Source of the DNA: Lama guanicoe | Lineage: Eukaryota | NCBI GenBank assembly: GCA_013239625.1 | Contig: MU054117.1 | Coordinates: 1,610,011-1,674,010, forward strand | Reading direction: 5' to 3' | DNA: 64,000 nt | Part shown: positions 1 through 11,370 of the stretch, piece by piece | Layout of the letters: every line of letters begins with the position of its first letter | How positions within the stretch are numbered: the first letter of the stretch is position 1 | Position numbers and translations under genes: made by a program | The notes under the pieces: generated by a model | What the model was told of the DNA's origin: nothing | Database searches by the model: none | Seen by the model: only the letters and a program-made list of their open reading frames with translations

Positions 1-1619
1 TGTCCTTGTGTGTACCCAATTAAATCAAAACATAATTTAAAAGCCAAAACTAGATATGTGAATTTTAATTTTTCCTTCCAAGAGACTAACCCAAAATCAA
101 AACTATTCCTGTACTAACCTAAAATCTGATCTGGGTACAGTTAATTAAATCTTTTGCTTATAATTACAAATTGAACAAAACACCCTTTCTCACTTAATAG
201 CGATTATCATCTGTTTCCTATAAGTCTCTTCAAGCAGAAGTATTTGCTGGAAGATAATAGTCTGCTCACTAAGTAGGCATGTTAAAAGAGGCAATGATTT
301 GCAACTACTGACACTCACTCTGTATATTTCTCTCTTGGGTTACAGGAAAGCACTTCTCTGGCTAGGTTCCCAAGTAAATTGAGTAAGCCTTGAGAAAGTC
401 ACTGCTTAAATTCCATTTCATGACGGTTCCTCTTCCTCCATAAATGAATTATTGAGAGTCATGCCTACTTACATCCTTTACATAATACATGTCCATCACA
501 GGATCTGTTTTCCGAGCAAGAAATAGCTTAAGTGACACTGAGAGGTAAGGCCAGTTAATACTGTAATCTAATAGGAAGTAGGAATCCAGAAAAGATTCTG
601 ATTTAATGTGCTAGGTTGCGAAACACTGATGAGAAGAACGTTGAACACTGTTTACTCTTAGTAACATCTCCCTACAGTGAGACACATGCCCCTAAATGTT
701 ATTAGAGTATTTAAAAAGCACTTGACTCCAAGAACATTTCTCAGAAATTGAGAGATTTACCAAAAATAAAATCCAATTCACTTATCAAATGTCCAATAAA
801 GCCATGTACAACTGAGAAACAAAAATAATCTCCAATAACTGTTGAACACAAAGTAGCTAAATGTCAAGGTCTACTGAAAGATGAGTTATAAAAGACAGCT
901 GTGCTTTAAAACATTTAAGCATTTTTCACACAATTAGCGCCAAGAGAACGGTTCAAACAGTGCATTTTATCCAGCCAAAGCAGCCAACCACAACCACCTG
1001 CAACTATTTCTCAGAAATGTGGCTTCCAAAGCAACCACCTGATCCTCGGGCCTTCTCTTAAGGGGCCAGGATAAACTCTAGGTGGAACATAGACCATTTA
1101 GGCAAAGAAAAAAGACTGGAAGATAACACCTTTAAGGAACTGAATGTAATGGGACCTCTTTCCTAATGTTGCTGCCAGAATGAAGTTGTCTTAACCCAAG
1201 ATCTCGTTCTTCTTGAAGGATTTAAAAGTCTAAATCCATCCACGCTCACAATTTACCCACCCCGACCCAAAAGCAGAGGGTTCTCTTCCCTCCTCGACCC
1301 CCACCCATCCCGCCAGGAGGGAAAAATAAAAATAAACCCCCCAAATCCTAAAGTAGAAATGGGAGCCCCAGTGCAACAGCTTTTCCAACTGCCTCAAAGG
1401 CAACATCCACAGCTCATCCTCCTCCTGAAACCCACCCTTCACATCCCACCCAACCCCTCCACACAAGGGAAAAAGGCAAGAATTCTCACCTCTCCGAACG
1501 CGGTGCTGGAGCACCTGAACCCCAGACCCGCCCGACCGCACCCAGCCTCCTCGCGGCTCCCCGCGCGCGCCGCGCCCGCAACATCACGCCTCAGGAGCCG
1601 GCGCCCCGCGCTCCCCCGG

Positions 1620-1786
1620 NNNNNNNNNNNNNNNNNNNNNNNNNNNNNNNNNNNNNNNNNNNNNNNNNNNNNNNNNNNNNNNNNNNNNNNNNNNNNNNNN
1701 NNNNNNNNNNNNNNNNNNNNNNNNNNNNNNNNNNNNNNNNNNNNNNNNNNNNNNNNNNNNNNNNNNNNNNNNNNNNNNNNNNNNNN
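1620..1786. other. Assembly gap (167 N)
   Basis: Run of N inside the CpG island. Confidence 1.
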
Positions 1787-1802
1787 ACCGCGGCCGCCTC
1801 AC

Positions 1803-1910
1803 CCTCCTCAGGGCTGCCGCTGCCGCTGCCTCCCGGGCGCCGCCGCCGCCGCCACTACCGCCGCCGCCGCCACAGCCACAGCTCGGCCCGGGGACCCGAC
1901 GTCACCGCGC
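1803..1910 (-). other. ERC1: Non-coding first exon, likely ERC1 (5' boundary approximate)
   Basis: Minus-strand donor GAGG|GTGAGG at 1803/1802 and a (GCG)n-rich leader within the CpG island. Known mammalian order is WNK1-RAD52-ERC1. No ERC1 coding sequence is in the window, so identity is by synteny. Confidence 0.65.
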
Positions 1911-3869
1911 CCCGCCCCCTGCGCGAGAACCAGCCCCGCCCCGGCCTCGACGTCAGCGCGAGCCCCGCCCCAGCCCGACGTCAGCGCGAGCCCCGGCCGC
2001 GCCCCCTCCCCTTCCGCAGCCTCCTGGGAGCGCGACTCGGCCGCGCGCAGGCCTCGGGCGCCTTCCAGGGGCCGGCGGGCGGGCGGCTCAGGCTCCCGCG
2101 CGCACACCTCGCGCGGGGCCAGCGGCATCTGTCTCCTCCCGCTCGCCGTAGGGGCGGCGCGCGGCGCAGACCGTGGGCCGCCGCCTCCCCCACGGGCCTG
2201 TCACGAAGGGGCCGGGCCGGGCGGCCGTGGGGTTTCCGGCCCCCGGCCCCTGAGCCCTCGCGCCCGCGGCCGAGGGGCGGCCCCGGGCCCGGGCGGTGGC
2301 CGAAGCCGGGGAGGAGCGCGGCCAAGCCCGGGGCAGGCTCGGCCCCACCTCTCGGGCGCCGTCGGGAGCCATGCATCCGTTACAGAAAGGGTGTAGGTAA
2401 GCGGTCTCTGAACCGGGTCGGGGTGACGGGGACCGCGCGCATCCCCAGCCTCCGTGGTTCTGTCAGCCTTTTCGGTGCCCGCGAGAGCCGTGGAGCCGCC
2501 GTTTCGCGCGGGTAACCGGTGCGCACGCCCGCGCCTCCCCGCAGTCTCTCGTGCGTCCAGTCCCCGCGGCCCTGCACCGCCCAGGTCCCCGCCGGCTGCG
2601 CAGCCGCCCCTTGGCGCACTCCGCACCGGGCTGCCGCCTGCGGGCCGCCGCCGAGGACCCCGGAGACTGCCAAACAGGCGTCCTCAGGTGCTCCGTGTCC
2701 TCGGGCTTCGGACTGATTTTCGAGACCTTGCCCGGCTGACGGCTGATCCGCCCGACCTGCTCCTCCGCAGCGTCGGGGAGGTGGCAGCGGAGCGGAGCCA
2801 TCCTGTCTTCTGCTTTCCTTTCTGCCACTCTCTTTGTGTGGCCTTGGGAAAGTCGCATGACTTCTGGGACCTGCTCTTCTCAGCCGGAAAATGGGGTGTG
2901 AACTAGACATCTCAGACGTAACCTACCTCAAAAATGTGTGCATCGCAAGCGTGTAGGACGCTGAGCATTAAGTTATACGTACACAGGAATACTGTCATAT
3001 CCACACTCGGAATTTGGATTTGTTTGGGGTTTTTTTCTTTTGTCTTTTCACTTTTTTTCTCTTATTTTCTAGTCTGCCCAAATAGCTTTTCTTAAACCTA
3101 CATTTAGGATTTTTTTTTTAATTTAAGCTGGCTAAGTACATGCATTCATTGCCTCTTCTTCCTGAGACCACATTAGAATTATTTTTTAAGTGAAAAATGA
3201 TACAAATTCCCCCCGAAACAAAAAAAAAAATGAGAAGGGAGCCGCCAAAAGATTTTTTTTTTAATTTTACACACAAACGGAGTGCAGTCTGATTAAACAA
3301 ATGGAAGCAACACAATGTGGAATAGGTGTAAGGGCGCTGCAGCCAAGGAAGGGGTCTGCATTCCAGAAGTGATGTAGAGAAACTGAAATTCGGAGACCTC
3401 GACAAGACAGCAAGAGTGAGAAGCAGGGGCGAGAACAAGGAAACTAAATAAAGGTCGCTAGAACAGCAGAACCCTCCCCATACCCCACATACAACAGCTA
3501 GGCGTTTATCCCAGGCAAGAAGTCAAGCGTTCCCATAACCTCTGGGTTATGAGTTCAGTGACTCAGAGTAAAGCATTCTTTATTCTGGTACAATAGCCAG
3601 TTTCCTACCCACTCACCCTAGACTGAAGTTGTTCAAGTTGGCAAGACCTTTCCAAGTTCAAAAGATTCCTCATCAGTGTCCAACTCCCTCATCTCAAATG
3701 TGAACAGACAACCAACGACTCTTAGATGTTTAAGGGAAGTCTCAACTTGGGGCTGCAGGAAGGGAGGAGGATAAACAGAAAACGTGACTACAGAGGAAAC
3801 AAGCTTAAGAGAACTTAAAGTAGTATGCTCGCAGACTTTTATTATACCCATGAAAAAAGCATTAATATA

Positions 3870-4480
3870 CTCAGATAAATAGCAATCCAAGAATAAAAAG
3901 TAGATCTTGAAATTCAAAATAAGAAAATGCCAAGATGATAAATTCACTGAAGCGTTGAAAGATTAGAGTCCATGAAATTTTAAGGAAGCAGAAGTATGCA
4001 AAGAGATGGAAATTGCGAGGGAAAATATAAGAGAAATAAAGAGCCAATCTAACAGGACTAATACTACAAGAGGGAGAGAAAACAGAGTAGATGAAAGATA
4101 GAAATTACCTCAAAAATAATGGAAGAAAATTTCCCAGAGCTGAAAGCGTCCACTCATGGAGAGCAAAAACGAAAAACGACCTTGTGAAATGTTAGAACCC
4201 TAACGATAAAGAGAGAATACTGAACTTCCAAAGGAAAACAGTGATCCATAAAAGAATAAGCCTCAAACTGGCATTAGAATTCTTACCAGCAACGGTAAAT
4301 ACGAGAAGATAACAAAGACTTTCAAGTTTCCAAGGGAAACATTTCTTGAACTGCAAATCCTAAGAAACATTTTTTATGTTTAAACTCTATTCCTGGCTGA
4401 ATTATCATTAAGTAAAACAGCAGAAATGAAAACACTTCAGATACAGAGGAACTCATAAAGTCAAACTCCCATGTAGGCTT
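3870..4480 (+). mobile_element. Old L1 (ORF1-region) fragment
   Basis: A-rich purine strand with L1-like motifs such as GGAAGAAAATTTCCCAGAGCTGAAAG; no intact ORF; bounds approximate. Confidence 0.55.
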
Positions 4481-5084
4481 TTTTTTCCCCCCCAATTACT
4501 TAAAGATGTGCTTGAGCAAGATGAGGTGGAAATGAGGCACCTGACAACATCACTATCCCTCAGGCATCATTCAGGAGAACAGTAAAGGGAAGTGTCAAGA
4601 GCTAGCCTAGCTTGGGATGGAAGGATAGGAGTTCTGGGAGAGAAACCTGAAAAGGAGAATTCAACTGAGTAATTAATTACTATGATAGGACGCTTAGAAA
4701 ATGCCGTTCCCTGTTGTTCAACTTTTAGACCCAACCTACTAATAAGTTATCTTGCTATAGTTAAATCCTAGTTTATAGTTATGCCAATGTTGACAATATA
4801 AAGGTAAATATACAGCTGGCAGTTTAAGATGTGGAACACAGGAAGGGAAGGGAAAAAAGGTAAAAGCACTCCAGAGGTTATGTCTATGGTTGGCAGAATC
4901 CAAAATGACTGTTAAATGCACTGTAGAGGTAGGGAAAGTGACCAGCGGAGGAGCAGGAATTGTTAAGCGTATTGAGAGGGTAGGAAGACATGACATAAAG
5001 GGTTTATAATTAAGCTAAATCATCATCAAGAAATAATAGAAGATTTGATATTGTTAAAAATAGCAGTACTCCTCTAGTTCCACA

Positions 5085-5990
5085 GATTTTATGCAATCTT
5101 ATCAAAAGTCCAAGCTGCCTTTCTTTTTTTTTTTAATTGACAAGCAGATCCTAAAATTCACATGAAAATGCAGGGAACTCAGAATAGCCAAAAGAATCTT
5201 GAAAAATAACAAAGCTGAAACACTCATTCTTCCTTATTTCAAAACTGACTACAAAATTACAATAAGATAGTGTCAACAAGTTCCTACTGTATAGCACAGG
5301 GACTTATATTCAGTACCTGGTAATAGCCTCTTATGAAAAAAGAATATGGGAAGGAGTATATGTGTAACTGAATCACTATGCTGTACACCAGAAAATAACA
5401 CAGCATTGTAAACTGATTATACTTCAATACAAAAAAAAAAAGTGTGACACTGGAATACTGAGGCACATATATCTGGAAAAGAATTCAGAGTTCAGAAAAC
5501 CCAGACACTTATGGGCAATTGATTCACTGGGAAAATAATAGTCTTTTTTAACAAAAGGTGCTGGGACAATTGTATGCCTATGTGCAAAAGAATGAAATTG
5601 GACCCCTACCTCGCATATACAAAAATTAATTCAAAGTGGATCACAGACCTAAAGATAAATGCTAAAACTAGAAAACCACTCAGAGAAAACAGGTACAAAC
5701 CGTCATGATCTTGAATTAGGCAGTAGTTTCTTAGCTATGAAACCAAAACCACAAGTGACAAATTTTAAAAATTTGACTCCATCAAAATGGAAAACCTTTG
5801 TATATTCAATTTTTAAAAGGAAGGAAATTCTGACACATGCTACAACATGAACCTTGAAGACATTATGCCAAGTGAAATAATCCAGTCACAGAAGGACTGT
5901 GTGTTGTACCATTCCATTTATATGGGACACCTAGAGTAGTAAAAAGTCACAGAGCCAGAAAGCAGAAAGGTGGTTGCCAGGGACCAAGGG
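5085..5990 (+). mobile_element. L1 ORF2/3' fragments with a nested younger L1 3' tail (~5275-5441)
   Basis: GATCCTAAAATTCACATG...CAGAATAGCCAAA, GGACCCCTACCTC...ATACAAAAATTAATTCAAAGTGGATC. Nested CTACTGTATAGCACAGGG...TACTTCAAT plus poly(A). Confidence 0.8.
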
Positions 5991-5994
5991 GATG

Positions 5995-7025
5995 GCAGAT
6001 GGCCACCTGCAAGCCAACGAAACCTGCCAACACCTCGATCTTGGGTGTCCAGCCTCCAAAATCTGTGAGAAATAAATTTCTGTTGTCTAAGGGCCCAGTC
6101 TGTGATGTTTTCTTATGGCAGCCCTGCCAGACTCATACAGATTGTGGTGCTGAGAGGTTGGGTGCTGCTGTAACAAATACACTAAAAATGTGGAAGGGGC
6201 TTTGCAAGTGGGTGACAAGTAGAGGCTGGAAGATTTTTGAGGTGCATATCAGGAAAACCCTAGATTGCCTTGAAGAGAGACTGTTGGTAGAAATGTGAAC
6301 GTTGAAAGGTGATTGGCAGATCCCAGAAATGAGGACATTATCGGAAACTGGAGGAGAGGTGGCCCTTATTATAAAGTGGCAAAGAAGGTGGCTGAACAGT
6401 TTCCAAGTGTTCTGTGGAAGGTAGAGATGAAAAGTGATAAACTGCAATCTCTCTAACCGCAGAGATTTCTAAGCAGAGTGTTGGTGGTGCGGCCTGATTT
6501 CTTCTCGCTGCTGACCGGAATTTCATCTTACTACTGTAGTATGCAGGTGGCGAGAGATGAATTAAAGCAAAAAAGGAACCAGAACCTGAAGATTTGGAAA
6601 ATTCTTACCTTATCTACACTATTGTAACTTGCAAGAAATACATATTGGTGATCATTTTGTGATATGTTTGAGCAGTGTCGCAGGCTCCCGGCTGGAGAGG
6701 AATTTTGCCTCACAGGGAATCATATCTCGTCCCACCCACACCTGATGATACTCAGATGAGACTTTGCACTTAGAGTTGATGCTGGAATGGGTTAAGACCT
6801 TGGGAGGGGTGAATGCGTTTTGCATGTGAGAAGGACATGAATTTGGGGTGTCCCCAGGGCAGGGTGTTTGGGGCTGAAGTGTACTCTCCCAGAATATATG
6901 TGTGGAAGCCCTAACCCACACCGTGACTAGTTTTGGAGACAGGGTTTTCAAACAGGTGATGAGGGTTAGATGAGGTCACACACAGTCTGGCACCTTGTTA
7001 CTGTGGCCCTGGCAGGCTGACTCAG
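5995..7025 (+). mobile_element. ERVL-MaLR relic: 3' part of 5' LTR, deleted internal region, start of 3' LTR
   Basis: CCAGCCTCCAAAATCTGTGAGAAATAAATTTCTGTTG LTR end, then MaLR-internal-like sequence, then LTR-start motif GAAGCCCTAACCC...GATGAGGTCA. Confidence 0.75.
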
Positions 7026-7049
7026 ACATCATCGGGGAGGAGACACAAC

Positions 7050-7760
7050 AACACACAGAATGGGGGAAAATTCTGCAAACCACACATCTGGTATTATATC
7101 CAGAATACATAAATAACCTAAAACTCAACAATAAAAAGACAACCCATTGAGGGGGAGGGTGTAGCTCAAGTGGTAGAGCACATGCTTAGCATGCATGAGG
7201 TCCTAGGTTCAATCCTCATACCTCCCCTAAAGATAAATAAACCTAATTACCCATCCTGCCAAAATAAAAAATAGTAATAAAAAAAAGACAACCCATTAAA
7301 AAATGGGCACAGGACTTCAATAGATGTTTCTCCAAAGAAGATACATCAGTAGCCACTAAGCACATGAACAGGTGCTCGTCGTCATCAGTCATCAGGGAAA
7401 TGCACAGCAAAGCCAGTGAGAAACCACTTCACACCCCCTGGGATGGCCGTAATCAAAAAGACACATAACAACAGTGAGGGCACAGAGCAATCAGACCCTC
7501 ATACATACCTGGTGGGAAGGTACAATGGTGTAGTCACTTTGTACAACTGTCTGACACTTCCTTGAAATGTTAAACATAGACTTACGACGAGACCCAGCAA
7601 TTCTATTCCTAGGTTTGTACCTAAGAGAATTTAAAATACCCACACAAAACCACAAAAATTTGTGTATGAATGTTATAGCAGCATTATTCATAGTAGCTGA
7701 ACAGTGGAAACTAAATCATGAATACATCACCAAAAAGCATACTTTTTAATAAATTATTGG
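7050..7760 (+). mobile_element. L1 3' region interrupted by a SINE
   Basis: AAACTCAACAATAAAAAGACAACCC, TTCTCCAAAGAAGATA, GACCCAGCAATTC, GCAGCATTATTCATA motifs. Confidence 0.8.
7149..7281 (+). mobile_element. tRNA-derived SINE (camelid-type) with 16-bp target-site duplication
   Basis: GGGGGAGGGTGTAGCTCAAGTGGTAGAGC (A box) ... GGTTCAATCC (B box), A-rich tail. TSD AAAAAGACAACCCATT at 7133-7148 and 7282-7297. Confidence 0.9.
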
Positions 7761-8734
7761 CCTACAAGAAAATAAAGAATTGTCCTCAAAGACTCAGTGG
7801 CTTATAAACAACAAATATTTCTTACTTAGCTGGAATTTGACAGCTGGAGGGAGGGGCAGTCAGCTGCTGTGCTGTGCGCTAAGTGCAGATCAGCTCCACG
7901 TGTCTCCATTTAAGGACCGAGACTGAAGGCTCCGCGGTCACTGGGTTGTCTTTTCCTCGCGGTGGAAGATGAGCGTACAGGAGGCCAAGCTGCAGAGATG
8001 CACGTGGAGCCCCTGCTCAGATGTGGCCTGTGTGTTCACACTTCATTAGCCAAAGCAAGTCACCTGGCCAGGTGCCACAAAATGGTGTGGGAAGTGCGCT
8101 GCTTTCAAGGAGTAGAGGGAGGGAAGAAAAAGGGAAGGAAAAGGCATGACTTCCCTCTTAAGAACACTGTCTGAAAAACCGCGCACACCACTTCTGTTTA
8201 TCTCCCTCGGTAAAAGCTTAGTGCGTGGTCATTCCTTGCTGAAGGGCAAACTGGATATAATAGACGTTATTGTGGATGGTCATATACCCAGTTAAAATTA
8301 AGAAGTTCTATTACTAACGTAAGGAGAAAATGGCTAATGAGAGACAACTATCAACCTGCCACAAACTTCTACAACAGTTACTGAAATTTAAAAACTTCGT
8401 AGACACATTAGATGCATCTGAAGAACAGATGAAGTAGAGGATACAATGGAAGAAGCTGCTTAGAATGTGGCAGAAGAGACAAGGAGGCAAAAACATGACA
8501 AGTTAAAAGGGGAGGACAGGAAAGGCAGCCTCTTGCTTTAAGTCTACGTAGTCCCAGAAGGAGAACCTGGAGAATGGAGGTGAGCTCCTGCTCCTGTAAC
8601 GGGCAGAGGACTTTCCAAACCAGCAAGGTCAGGAGTCACTGAGGATGCTGCGCAGGATAAGTACGAAGAAATCCAATCCAGATACACTGTAAGTGAAGCT
8701 GAGAACGTAGAGGACAACACATCTTAAATTCAGC

Positions 8735-9155
8735 TGTGTTCGTGTTCCGGGACTGCAGTAACCGAGTGCCACCAACTGAGTGCTTTCACACCACGGTTCT
8801 GGAGGCTGGAAATCCAAAATGCCCTCTCTGAACTGGAGGGGAGAATCCTTCCTGCCCCGTCCTAGTTTCTGTGATTTGCCGGCAGTCCTTGGCATTCCTT
8901 GGCTTGCGTCTGCAGCTCTTCAATCTTTGCCTCCACTGTCGCGTGGCATTCCTTTTTCGAGTCTGTGCCTCTGTCTCTTTCCCTTTTCTTGTAAGGAACC
9001 CAGTCATACTGAATAAAAGACCTCCTTTTCCAATATGACCTTATCTTAACTAACTGTGTCTGCAATGATCCTATTTCAGAATAAGGTCACATTCTTAGGC
9101 ACTGGGAGTTAGGGCTTTAATCGATCATTTTGAGGAATACAGTTCACCCTGTATC
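8735..9155 (-). mobile_element. MLT1-family MaLR solo LTR inserted in an old L1 fragment
   Basis: GTTCTGGAGGCTGGAAATCCAA, ATATGACCTTATCTTAACTAA, ATAAGGTCACATTCT motifs. Confidence 0.8.
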
Positions 9156-9954
9156 ATTAAGGCAAAAGATCAGCTTACTTACAAAGGAACAGTAATTAGA
9201 CTGACAGAAGACTTATGAACACACAGAGGAAGCCGGAAGACAGTAGAGTATTATCTTCAAGTGCTGAGACGAAGTAACTGTCATCCCAATTAACTGTGTG
9301 ATTAACAGTAATTTATAAGATCAAGGACAAAATAAAGACATTTTCAACTAAAAGCGCATGCTTTATTACCAATTGATCTTCATTAAAGGAAAATCTAAAT
9401 GATACTTCAAAGAAAAATAATCCTAGAAAAGGATTTGAAAGACAGGAAGACGGTGATCAGAGAAGTCAGTGAACATGTGGAAGAGGGGGTTATCTAAATT
9501 AACTGTTCGCAACTTCTCAAAACCAGCTGAAGAAGTAGTAAACCTGAAAGTTCTATAACAAAGAAATTTGATTGGTAGTAAAACTCATCCATTTGAAAAA
9601 AAAAAAAGTCCAGAGGTTTTACAGATCAGGTCTACAAAATACTCCAAGAACAACTCATTTTAAACTTATTCCAAGTCTTCTAGAGAATTTACCAAAAAAT
9701 AGAAAATTCTGCCACCCCAGCTCACTTGGTGAGATCCAACTTTTCTTAGTGAACTTGTTAAATATTGATACAAAAGCCAGACACGGATAGTAATGAGAGC
9801 CTTAACCCAGTGATTAAACTTCACATCACCCATAACAAGTGCCTTCCCAGGAGATGCAATGGGAGGTACGTGACATCTGCTTAGAGCTGTTGACTAAAAA
9901 ATTGTTTAATCTGAATTTAATCATGAGGAAACAACCAAAGGCATTGTCAAGAAC

Positions 9955-10370
9955 TATGAAAGATCTGAGGTTTTACCCTACTCAGAAGGTAACAAATTAG
10001 TCTGGCAGTTCCATGATGCTGGCTGGAGAAACACAAATCTTGTGCAAAACACAATTTCTTGCGCATCAGAGACAAGGGACAGTTTATCGCTCACAGCAGC
10101 AGCGTTAGTCAAACTATGATTATCTCCTCGTGCCAGTTTCCCAAGCCCCAGTTCCCACGGGTGATACAGCAAAGCCAGGCGATGCCTGCACTTACTGCAG
10201 ACTGAGTTACAGAAGAGGAATCCCAAGCTTCGGGAACCCGCAGTTTTAATAACAGGCTGCAAGCAGACATGCCTGACTTTTGCCTTAAAGACGTTACCTT
10301 TGTAATATCAGATAATAATAAACCTGTCCTGATGGGCTATGTCACCTCCAGCCTCCAAGAGTACTCTGTC
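9955..10370. mobile_element. ERV LTR-like relic (family not assigned)
   Basis: Begins TGAAAGATCTGAGGTTTTACCCTACT; LTR-like by recollection only. Confidence 0.45.
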
Positions 10371-10371
10371 C

Positions 10372-10780
10372 ACTTCAAAAATAAGACAGCCAGTTATCTC
10401 ACCAGCCAGGCGAGTTTATTTGGGAAGAGCCAGGGGAATTGCAATTCAGGAGTGCAGAACTGGGGGAGCTTGCTGTTCTAGAGAAACTGGGAGTCGGGGG
10501 CTGTTCTCAGTGGAAGTTCGCTGGAGGAAAGTAAGAGTTCAGGGTGGCGATGGCTCCTCGTGGGCTGAGCTGCGGCGTCCTCCATGGCGGGGCTGGCTGC
10601 TGGACGAGAAGAACCTGCTCTCCCTCCTGCTGGGGTGGTGGAGGCCCTTCCTGCCCGAGGTGCAAGGCAGGCCCTTCCTGTCTGGGGTCTTGGACGAGGA
10701 GTCGTAGGGGTGAGGGTTCCCTCTACAGGCCTTCCCGACTCAAATTTTAGTTGAGGTTTCCTTTATTAATTTTCACATCA
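10372..10780 (-). mobile_element. ERV solo LTR-like element
   Basis: Minus strand starts TGTGAAAATTAATAAAGG and has a further AATAAA near its 3' end (plus TTTATT ~10415). Confidence 0.55.
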
Positions 10781-10949
10781 CTATTCAAGTATCTTTGAAA
10801 AGACAGTCCAGGGCAAAAGGACAGCGCGTGCACAATCATGAAGAAACACGAGACCTGTCTCCCAGGAACCAGTCAGTCTGTGGGTCATTCTGCGAAGCAA
10901 GTCTGGATTCCCTGAAAACGCTGACGTCCTAGCAGGTGCTGCGGGTGTC

Positions 10950-11370
10950 CTGCCCGCGCGCCCTCGCCTCGCCCACGCCGTCCGCGTGCTCCCTTGGTGT
11001 CTCTCTCCCAGGTTTCGCATTTCTTTGCCTACGGCTTCTTCCCTGAGCTTCTGCCGCAGGCTGGTGGGGAATCGGCCCCTGCAGGAGCAGCCCTCGACCA
11101 ATGACTGATCAGAGCAGCTCGTAACTACCCTGCGTTCCTCGCCTCCGGGTGGGAGGGCTCTGAGGCTCCCGTTCTAACAATTCCCTGAGTTCCCCCGCAG
11201 TAGAAAGAAGTTTCCCTCAGCGTGAGGACACATCCTCACTACCCGCCTCTTTCCCTGCCTCACTTCCCTGTGGCGCCCCTGGTGTCTCCCGAGATTACCT
11301 CCCAAGCAGGCTACTTGTACCTGAATCCTCGTCCCAGAATCTGTTCTGGTGGAACCCAAAGTAAGACATG
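10950..11370 (+). mobile_element. LTR16-like (ERVL) solo LTR
   Basis: 3' end CTACTTGTACCTGAATCCTCGTCCCAGAATCTGTTCTGGTGGAACCCAAAGTAAGACA resembles LTR16 family ends. Confidence 0.55.

Larger units (their letters stand above)
1480..2790. promoter_or_regulatory. CpG island, promoter of the minus-strand gene (ERC1 by synteny), probably bidirectional
   Basis: Very GC/CpG-rich versus AT-rich flanks; multiple GC boxes; three CGACGTCA CRE-like sites (1897, 1948, 1976). Confidence 0.9.

Noticed and set aside
1359..2910. Many long overlapping ORFs (up to 345 aa) in the first CpG island
   Set aside because: Stop-poor GC-rich DNA with low-complexity Ala/Arg/Pro/Gly translations; some span the N gap; no recognisable domain.
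7150..7225. Possible tRNA gene
   Set aside because: Acceptor stem not cleanly formed; A-rich tail and TSD show it is a SINE.
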